A stretch of 12,159 nucleotides of DNA from Octopus sinensis (taxonomy: Eukaryota), in NCBI RefSeq assembly GCF_006345805.1, contig NW_021826694.1, forward strand, positions 1 to 12,159, in the 5' to 3' direction. The position numbers were made by a program, and so were the translations under genes. The notes under the pieces are model-generated. The model did not search any database. It was not told the origin of the DNA and saw only the letters and a list, made by a program, of their open reading frames with translations. How positions within the stretch are numbered: the stretch's first letter is position 1; each line of letters begins with the position of its first letter. This document shows positions 1-5,955 of the stretch, one piece after another.

Positions 1-115
1 GACGACATTCTGTCAGTTGGAAATAAATGTCTAAAAAGTGCTTGATACATTTTGCGGCAGTACTTTTACAATGACTGATTGTTAGTCTTCCAAAAAAAAA
101 AAACGACTAACAATT

Positions 116-574
116 GGTTGTTGGTGGCGGTGGTGGCGGTGATGGTAGTGTGTAGCCCCGTGTCAATCCCGAAAGAACAGTTCTAAAATTTACTTTTTAT
201 ACTAGAGTCATAAGGCCTGGAATTTTGTGGAAGGGAGCGAGTTGATAACATCGACCCCAGTGCTCAGCTGGACTTTATTTTATTGACCTCGAAAAGATGG
301 AAGCAAAGTCGACTTTGGCGGAATTCGAACTCAGAATGTAAAGACGGAAGAAGTGCTGCCAAGCAGGTTTTCCGGTGAGCTTACTTGAAGCTTTGTCGGT
401 TTACTGCCCAGAACAGCTATCGTTAAAATCATTCTAGCTATGACCAACGATATCTATCTGCCAACGGCTTTTCTATGCAATGTGTCCTTCGGTTTTTAAA
501 ATATAGGGTGCCATCTGAATGTGATCTGACTGCTACTTTTAGCAGGTCGAGTGAACAAATAAAGTCTTGGCTCC
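116..574 (-). mobile_element. Old interspersed repeat (probable retroelement 3' part) split by the SINE at 186-409
   Basis: Degenerate (GGT)n at ~116-150 reads as a (CCA/CAA)n tail on the minus strand. The segment 414-450 (cagctatcgttaaaatcattctagctatgacc) resembles the reverse complement of 5650-5698 and also 1117-1145. AGAACAG occurs on both sides of the inserted SINE (174-180, 410-416). Boundaries are approximate. Confidence 0.4.
186..409 (-). mobile_element. tRNA-derived SINE with Nin/Deu-type central domain, degenerate
   Basis: Minus strand reads ...ttctgagttcgaattccgcc (B box), then aaagtcgactttgcttccatcttttcgaggtcaataaaataaagtccagctgagcactggggtcgatg. This matches the Deu/Nin domain signature (CCTTxCGxGGTCGATAAAATxAGTACC) as I know it. 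Confidence 0.75.
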
Positions 575-662
575 TATATTAATATTTCAAAATGACTAGT
601 TGGTCTTTCAGTAATATTTGTAGGTTGATATTTGTTGTCATTTGTCGGCTAATGTCTTTATA

Positions 663-827
663 GGCGCAGGAGTGGCTGTGTGGTAAGTAGCTTGCTAACC
701 AACCACTTGGTTCCGGGTTCAGTCCCACTGGGTGGCATCTTGGGCAAGTGTCTTCTGCTATAGCCCCGGGCCGACCAATGCCTTGTGAGTGGATTTGGTA
801 GATGGAAACTGAAAGAAGCCTGTCGTA

Positions 828-868
<41 letters not shown>

Positions 869-1099
869 CTGTGTTTGTGTGTCTGTGTTTGTCCCCTTAG
901 CATTGCTTGACAACCGATGCTGGTGTGTTTAGGTCCCCGTCACTTAGCGGTTCGGCAAAAGAGACCGATAGAATAAGTACTGGGGTTCCAAAGAATAAGT
1001 CCCGGGGTCAATTTGCTCGACTAAAGGCGGTGCTCCAGCATGGCCGCAGTCAAATGACTGAAACAAGTAAAGGAGTAAAGGAGTAAAGGAGTAAAGGAG
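663..1099 (+). mobile_element. Full-length octopus-type tRNA SINE: head, CORE-like segment, internal (TA)n/(TG)n, 3' module, (GTAAAGGA)n tail
   Basis: A box GTGGCTGTGTGG, B box GGTTCAGTCCC and CTTGGGCAAGT core motif are present. Internal microsatellite at ~826-890 and 8-bp tail repeats at 1067-1098. A near-identical inverted copy lies at 3155-3559. TATA flanks both ends (659-662, 1100-1103). Confidence 0.93.
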
Positions 1100-1116
1100 T
1101 ATATGAAATATAAAGA

Positions 1117-1255
1117 AAGACATTTAAGACGAGACCATCCCGTATTTCTTCTAAACAGCGTGAGCAATGTGCCACCACAGGTTATTCACTGTAACCTTTT
1201 CTAAGACGATAGCAGATACTGCAAGACTTGGTAACTCTTTCTATTTGAGGGAGTA
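1117..1255 (-). mobile_element. Possible highly decayed fragment of the 116-574 repeat family
   Basis: gaccatcccgt (1131-1141) matches the reverse complement of the 5650-5698 fragment. Similarity elsewhere is patchy. Confidence 0.3.
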
Positions 1256-1375
1256 ACCTCGTAGAAAACCCTTGTATTTGGAAATGAATGGTGGCCGACC
1301 TTTTAAAGGAGACGATTCGTACATAGAAATGATATCTATATATCTTAGGATATTCCGAATTAGAAGTTATTAGAA

Positions 1376-1537
1376 GCCACAGGCATGACTGTGTGGTAAG
1401 AAGCTTGTTTCCCAACCACATGGTTCCAGGTTCAGTCCCATTGCGTGGTACCTTGGGCAAGTTTCTTCTATTGTAGCCTCGGGACGACCAGAGCCTTGTG
1501 AGTGGATTGGGTTAGAGGAATTGAAAGAAGACCGTCG
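1376..1537 (+). mobile_element. Short form of the same SINE (head and core only), ending in (TA)n
   Basis: Collinear with 663-825: aggcatgactgtgtggtaag...ggttcagtccc...ccttgggcaagt...gaaagaagaccgtcg, followed directly by (TA)n. Confidence 0.87.
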
Positions 1538-1555
1538 TATATATATAATATATAT

Positions 1556-1587
<32 letters not shown>

Positions 1588-1603
1588 CTTACTATATATA
1601 TAT
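1538..1603. repeat. (TA)n microsatellite, interrupted
   Basis: Read directly from the sequence. Confidence 0.97.
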
Positions 1604-1613
1604 ACTTACTTAC

Positions 1614-1923
1614 GATCGTGAGGTGGTTGTGAGCTCGAATCCCGGAAGGGGCTGCGCGTTGTGTTCTTGAGCAAGACACTTTATTTCACGTTGCTCCAGT
1701 TCACTCAGCTGTAGAAATGAGTTGCGACGTCACAGGTGCCAAGCTGTATCGGCCCTTGCCTTTCCCTTGGACAACATCGGTGACGTGGAGAAGGGAGGCC
1801 GGTATGCATGGGCGACTGCAGGTCTTCCATAAAACAACCTTGCCCAGACTTGTGCCTCAGAGGGTAACTCTCTAGGTGCAAACCCATGGTCAGTGTCTGA
1901 CCGAAGGGGGTCATCATCATCAT
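1614..1923 (+). mobile_element. 5'-truncated tRNA SINE of a second family with a CORE/Meta-like domain and (TCA)n tail
   Basis: B box-like GAGCTCGAATCCC with the A box missing. Domain motif gtgttcttgagcaagacactttatttcacgttgctccagttcactcagctgtagaaatgagt. 3' stem-loop GGTCAG-TGT-CTGACC (1888-1902) and (TCA)n tail at 1911-1923. Confidence 0.8.
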
Positions 1924-1930
1924 ATATATA

Positions 1931-2275
1931 TTACGGAGATGTACCTGCATAGCAAGTGATCTGATCTGAGATCGTGTGCGGGAACGAAAACAATTGCAGC
2001 GTGGAAGGTGTTTATAAGCCATTTAAGAAACACACAAAAACTGTTAGATTCACTTCAACATTTAAATTTAATTTGTCAAAATATTTTCGTCGCTTTGAGA
2101 CCGCGACCTGTTCACTGACAAAACTCTGAGATGCAGCATGGAGTTTTATCAGTGACAGGTCGTGGTCTCAAAGCGACGAATATTTTGACAAATTAAATTT
2201 AAATGTTGAAGTGAATCTAACAGTTTTTGTGTGTTTCTTAAATGGCTTATAAACACCTTCCACGATGCAGTTGTT
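1931..2275 (-). mobile_element. Non-coding fold-back element A (long inverted repeat plus one-sided extension), PLE-like terminus
   Basis: Arms 1989-2126 and 2141-2275 (138 and 135 bp) differ by 4 substitutions and 2 indels totalling 3 nt. Spacer is 14 nt. Unique extension at 1931-1988 on one side only, and both ends abut TA runs. The inverted repeat is certain; the PLE assignment is inference. Confidence 0.85.
2072..2122 (-). ncRNA. Predicted minimal type I hammerhead ribozyme with G3-C8 core variant
   Basis: Minus strand reads UUUGUCA-GUGAACA-G-GUCGC-GGUCUCAAA-GCGAC-GAAA-AUAU-UU-UGACAAA. This gives a 7-bp helix I, a perfect 5-bp helix II, GAAA, and a palindromic AAUAUU helix III. Fold read by eye; activity untested. 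Confidence 0.6.
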
Positions 2276-2277
2276 AT

Positions 2278-2318
<41 letters not shown>
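2276..2318. repeat. (TA)n microsatellite
   Basis: Read directly from the sequence. Confidence 0.97.
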
Positions 2319-2321
<3 letters not shown>

Positions 2322-2426
2322 ACGGGAAGCTTTATGAAATAAACAAAAGACGAAGGCAGGTGGAATACAAACAAACAATTGTATTAGTATGGCGCTCAGG
2401 AATATAAATAAAACAAGTCTTTTACG
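2319..2426 (-). mobile_element. 108-bp repeat fragment embedded between TA arrays, family unassigned
   Basis: Complex sequence bounded sharply by (TA)n on both sides. It resembles a recurrent octopus repeat I recall, which cannot be verified from this window. Confidence 0.4.

Positions 2427-2454
<28 letters not shown>
2427..2454. repeat. (TA)n microsatellite
   Basis: Read directly. It supplies the TA target of the adjacent Tc1 end. Confidence 0.97.
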
Positions 2455-2457
<3 letters not shown>

Positions 2458-2788
2458 CAGTTGGACAAACTAATGGAAACGCCTTAAAATTTCAAGCAAA
2501 TTTATTTGAATATGGGGTAGGATCACCTTTGGCAGTAATTATAGCTTGAATTCTACGAGGTGTGGAATCGTACAAAGTTTGAATTGTTTCCAAAGAAATT
2601 TTTGTCCATTCTTCAGCTAAAACAGTGTCCAGTTCTTATAGTGATGATGGTGGAAGATATCGACTCCTTACTTGCTTTTCGAAAATGCACCATAAATGTT
2701 CAATAATATTGACATCTGGGGACTCTGGTTGCCAGATAAAATGTTCAATTTCACTAGAATGTTTCTCGTGCCATTCGGTAACAGCTTT
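2455..2788 (-). mobile_element. Tc1-family DNA transposon, right end only
   Basis: TA|CAGCAGTTGGACAAACTAATGGAAACGCC is a Tc1-type TIR start at 2455, next to the transposase C-terminus. No second TIR is seen in the window. Confidence 0.9.
2492..2788 (-). pseudogene. Tc1 DDE transposase C-terminal fragment, 99 codons, one premature stop
   Basis: Manual translation: KAVTEWHEKHSSEIEHFIWQPESPDVNIIEHLWCIFEKQVRSRYLPPSSL*ELDTVLAEEWTKISLETIQTLYDSTPRRIQAIITAKGDPTPYSNKFA*. WQPESPDVNIIEHLW corresponds to the Tc1 WPxxSPDLNPIExxW motif carrying the catalytic Glu. The internal stop is at 2636-2638. Confidence 0.92.
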
Positions 2789-2822
2789 CATAGCATCGAA
2801 AAGATGCTATGACAATGCCCCC

Positions 2823-2824
<2 letters not shown>

Positions 2825-2872
<48 letters not shown>

Positions 2873-2884
2873 TATATATATATA
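2825..2884. repeat. (TA)n microsatellite
   Basis: Read directly. It is the tail of the SINE at 2885-3035. Confidence 0.97.
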
Positions 2885-3035
2885 CAACGAAGGGCTTCTT
2901 TCCGTTCCATCTACCAAATCCATTCAGAAGGCTTTGATTAACCCGAGAAGCTTACCCAAGGTGCCACGCAGTGAGATTGAACCCAAACTATGTGGTCAGG
3001 AAGGAAACTTCTTACCACATAGCCACGCCAGCGCC
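2885..3035 (-). mobile_element. Short form SINE (head and core), inverted, with a small internal deletion
   Basis: Reverse complement reads ggcgctggcgtggctatgtggtaagaag...gggttcaatctcactgcgtggcaccttgggtaag...gaaagaagccc, collinear with 663-825 and 1376-1537. Confidence 0.85.
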
Positions 3036-3154
3036 TATATTCTGAAACTGTTTCTTACACCAACCTCCAGATTAGTGAGGTCATCGTATTGATGACTAGG
3101 GTTTTCACAAGATGACCTACATTTCTCATTTTAAAATGACTCGTCGAGGGTATA

Positions 3155-3559
3155 CTCTTTTACTCTTTTACTTGTTTCAGTCATTTGACTGCGGCCATGC
3201 TGGAGCACCGCCTTTAGTCGAGCAAATCGACCCCGGGACTTATTCTTTATAAGCCCAGTACTTATTCTATCGGGCTCTTTTGCCGAACCGCTAAGTGACG
3301 GGGACGTAAACACACCAGCATCGGTTGTCAAGCATGCTAGGGGGGACAAACACAGACACACAACTATACACACACACTTATATATATACATATATACGAC
3401 AGGCTTCTTTCAGTTTCCGTCTACCAAAATCCACTCACAAGACATTGTCGGCCCGGGGCTAGTAGAGAACAGACTTGCCCAAGATGCCACGCAGTGGGAC
3501 TGAACCCGGAACCATGTGGTTGGTTAGCAAGGTACTTACCACACAGCCACTCCTGCGCC
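3155..3559 (-). mobile_element. Full-length copy of the 663-1099 SINE, inverted, (GTAAAAGA)n tail, 5' end duplicated out to 3577
   Basis: Collinear with 663-1099 over its whole length, roughly 90-95% identical outside the microsatellite by eye. TATA at 3151-3154 and 3578-3581. Confidence 0.93.
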
Positions 3560-3630
3560 TATGGCCACTCCTGCGCCTATATATTTTTTTCTTCTTGAAA
3601 TCGTTGTTAGTTATTTTAAGGCGATTAAAT

Positions 3631-4335
3631 AGAGTACAGCCGAATAATTGAGAGGTTCGTCCGCAATCAAGAGGTTTCTGGTTCGATCATGTTGCATGGC
3701 GTCTTCAGCAAAAGTCATTTTGTTTCTATAGTCCCGGGTCGACTCATACCTCGTGAGTGAAATTTGGTAGAAGTAAACTGTATAAAAGACAGTACCCGCA
3801 ATTACACAGGGGCAACTTCGTCGCAGACTGTGTCACGCTCGTTCTACCTAAGAGTTATACTCATTCAGTTCCGTGGAGGCGCAGTGGCCCAGTGGTTAGG
3901 GCAGCGGACTCGCGGTCGTAGGATCGCGGTTTCGATTCCCAGACCGGGCGTTGTGAGTGTTTATTGAGCGAAAACACCTAAAAGCTCCACGAGGCTCCGG
4001 CAGGGATGGTGGTGATCCCTGCTGTACTCTTTCACCACAACTTTCTCTCACTCTTACTTCCTGTTTCTGTTGTACCTGTATTTCAAAGGGCCGGCCTTGT
4101 CACTCTGTGTGTCACGCTGAATATCCCCGAGAACTACGTTAAGGGTACACGTGTCTGTGGAGTGCTCAGCCACTTACACGTTAATTTCACGAGCAGGCTG
4201 TTCCGTTGATCGGATCAACAGGCACCCTCGTCGTCGTAACCGACGGAGTGCTTCCAACAACTCATTCAGTTCCACGAGGCGGTAATTCACGTGATCGAAA
4301 CTATTGAATCCTCGTCGTCTAACGACAGAGATCCA
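3631..4335 (+). mobile_element. Old SINE (same head and core family, different 3' tail) interrupted by the SINE at 3873-4259
   Basis: ctatagtcccgggtcgactcatacctcgtgagtgaaatttggtagaagtaaactg matches the core of 663-825. The 3' end cctcgtcgtctaacgacagag (4310-4330) matches the 3' end of the inserted SINE. Confidence 0.65.
3873..4259 (+). mobile_element. Young full-length tRNA SINE (third family) with 14-bp target-site duplication
   Basis: A box TGGCCCAGTGG and B box GGTTTCGATTCCC. Perfect TSD ACTCATTCAGTTCC at 3859-3872 and 4260-4273. 3' stem-loop and short CAA tail. Confidence 0.95.
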
Positions 4336-4746
4336 TCGTTTTAAAGTGGTTAATGGTATACGCTTTATAATGACTGGCCCGTCGTAGGCATGGCATTTTA
4401 AAATGATTAAATATAAAGCAAATGTTTCTCTTATCTATGTTTCTTTGATGTTTCACGAGACCAGCCACCTTTGATCTTTTAAAATGACAAAGTACTGCTT
4501 CTTCATAAAGATTTCTTCTTGGTTATTTTAGCCCTTTCTTACCATATTTCTGTCGGAATACGTTACTTTTATTTCAATTTTGAAAATGAAGGATTTAGCG
4601 AAATTATATTTATCTTTATGATGATAGTGTTTCGAACATAAATTAACGTGTAATTTTGATGGAAAGGTTTCATTTTGATCATTTGAAATTACGAAGTTTG
4701 TATCATACAATGCAGCGAGAAATCTCTGGTGGGAGTAGTATCAAAA

Positions 4747-4985
4747 GTACATTATTTACTTTATTTACATTATTTAGATTCGACGGATATTTTTCCTCAT
4801 CTTGTTTATTAACACAACGTTTCGGCTGATATATCCTTGAAGAAGGTTTGAGGGTATATCAGCCAAAACGTTGTGTTAACAACAAACAAGATGAGGACAA
4901 ATATCCGTCGAATGTAAATAATGTAAATAATGTAAATAATGTAAATAATGTACATAATTCCTCATCTCTTAAATATAGAACTGTA
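4747..4985 (+). mobile_element. Non-coding fold-back element B with 12-bp TSD, PLE-like terminus
   Basis: Arms 4747-4837 and 4851-4953 with a 13-nt spacer and (TGTAAATAA)3-4 in the arms. One-sided extension at 4954-4985. TSD GTAGTATCAAAA at 4735-4746 and 4983-4994, whose first 3 nt overlap the element end. Confidence 0.88.
4837..4877 (+). ncRNA. Decayed minimal hammerhead ribozyme motif, predicted inactive
   Basis: TTGAAGA-A-GGTTTG-AGGGTATAT-CAGCC-AAAAC-GTT-GTGTT compared with CUGANGA-stem II-GAAAC-GUH. The opposite arm keeps the intact CAGCC-GAAAC-GTT-GTGTT (reverse complement of 4811-4828). The 5' strand of helix I is missing. Confidence 0.5.
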
Positions 4986-5649
4986 GTATCAAAATGTTTA
5001 AAATTTACATTGCCATAGTTCTGTCGAAATATATTGCTTTAGTTTCAATTAATTTTCAAAATTATGGAGAGCCTAGTAAAATAATTTTTGTCATTATTTA
5101 GTGTTTGAAACAAATTAGCATGGAATTTTTTTGGAAGGTTTTAATCCTTTTGCTACTCTCTTTCCGTCGAAAGACACTATTTTGTTTCGATTCTGAACAC
5201 ATTGAAGAATTTAGTAAATAACTTTATCATTATTAAATTGATGCTTGAAACATAATTTTCCTGGAAGGCTTTAGTTAAGATTACTTTAAGGCTTTTGTTA
5301 CTATATCGGTTGAAATACACTATTTTGTCTTAAGTTTTTAAAAACAATGAGAAATTTAATAAAGTAACTTTGTCATAATTAAGCTGGTGTTTCTAACATG
5401 CATAATCACAAATATTTGAATCAAGTTCTTAATTTAGATTATTCAAAACGGTAAGTTTGTAACCAGAAGTAATCTGAGATTGCTTCTGCTTATGATACTA
5501 GCTGAGTTTCCGAAATGAATGTTGTCTCACACTCCACTTCGATTCGCTCCCACACATCAAAATAAAAAACAAAAAGATACGTATATTACAGACCCTACAA
5601 TATAAGATAAATGACATATAGTTCTTTGCTCTTCTGTTCACTGCACTTA

Positions 5650-5698
5650 GAAATAAGACGGGATGGCCACGGCTAGAATGCCTTTGATTATAGATCTG
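5650..5698 (+). mobile_element. Fragment of the 116-574 repeat family in the opposite orientation
   Basis: The reverse complement cagatctataatcaaaggcattctagccgtggccatcccgtc shares cattctagc with ~430-438 and accatcccgt-like sequence with 1131-1141. Confidence 0.45.
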
Positions 5699-5886
5699 AG
5701 AGATGAGGTGGGAAGTGTGTGGGGGGGGCAACCAGTAACAAAAAACTGACAATAACAACCACATCGATGACAATTTTGTCAAAAACAACTTAAACAAGGA
5801 GAACAATAACAGCGATGACACGGACTGTAGTCTGAATAAGTAAACACAAAAAAAAACACGAACGAAAGAAAAATAAAAAGCAAATA

Positions 5887-5887
<1 letters not shown>

Positions 5888-5920
<33 letters not shown>

Positions 5921-5955
5921 CTATATTTATGAGTACGATATCTGAATGTGTGTGT
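5888..5955. repeat. (TA)n(TG)n compound microsatellite
   Basis: Read directly from the sequence. Confidence 0.9.

Larger units (their letters stand above)
4528..5505 (+). repeat. Four tandem, diverged copies of an AT-rich MITE-like unit, each starting after TTAA or TTAG
   Basis: Shared anchors GTCGGAATA 4552, GTCGAAATA 5023, GTCGAAAGA 5166, GTTGAAATA 5309, plus shared tagtaaa(a)taa, tcattatt and ggaagg motifs. Unit starts at TTAG-CCCTTT 4528 and TTAA 4998, 5141, 5286. A piggyBac-like origin is weak inference. Confidence 0.65.

Noticed and set aside
78-114. 10-bp inverted repeat ATTGTTAGTC / GACTAACAAT around a poly-A run
   Set aside because: Short and isolated, with no TSD or family support, so compatible with chance.
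304-317. 14-bp perfect palindrome CAAAGTCGACTTTG
   Set aside because: It lies inside the Nin/Deu SINE and is explained by point changes to a partly palindromic repeat sequence.
663-1099. A-to-G differences between the two full SINE copies as fossil ADAR editing
   Set aside because: Only a couple of such changes occur among other substitution types, with no clustered signature.
663-3950. tRNA-like A/B boxes as tRNA genes
   Set aside because: No complete cloverleaf or acceptor stem is present, and each continues into a SINE body, so they are SINE heads.
658-4209. ORFs 658-903, 1182-1460, 1705-2022, 2625-3092, 3131-3391, 3764-4209
   Set aside because: They lie in or across SINEs, microsatellites or the antisense strand of the Tc1 relic, and show no recognisable domain.
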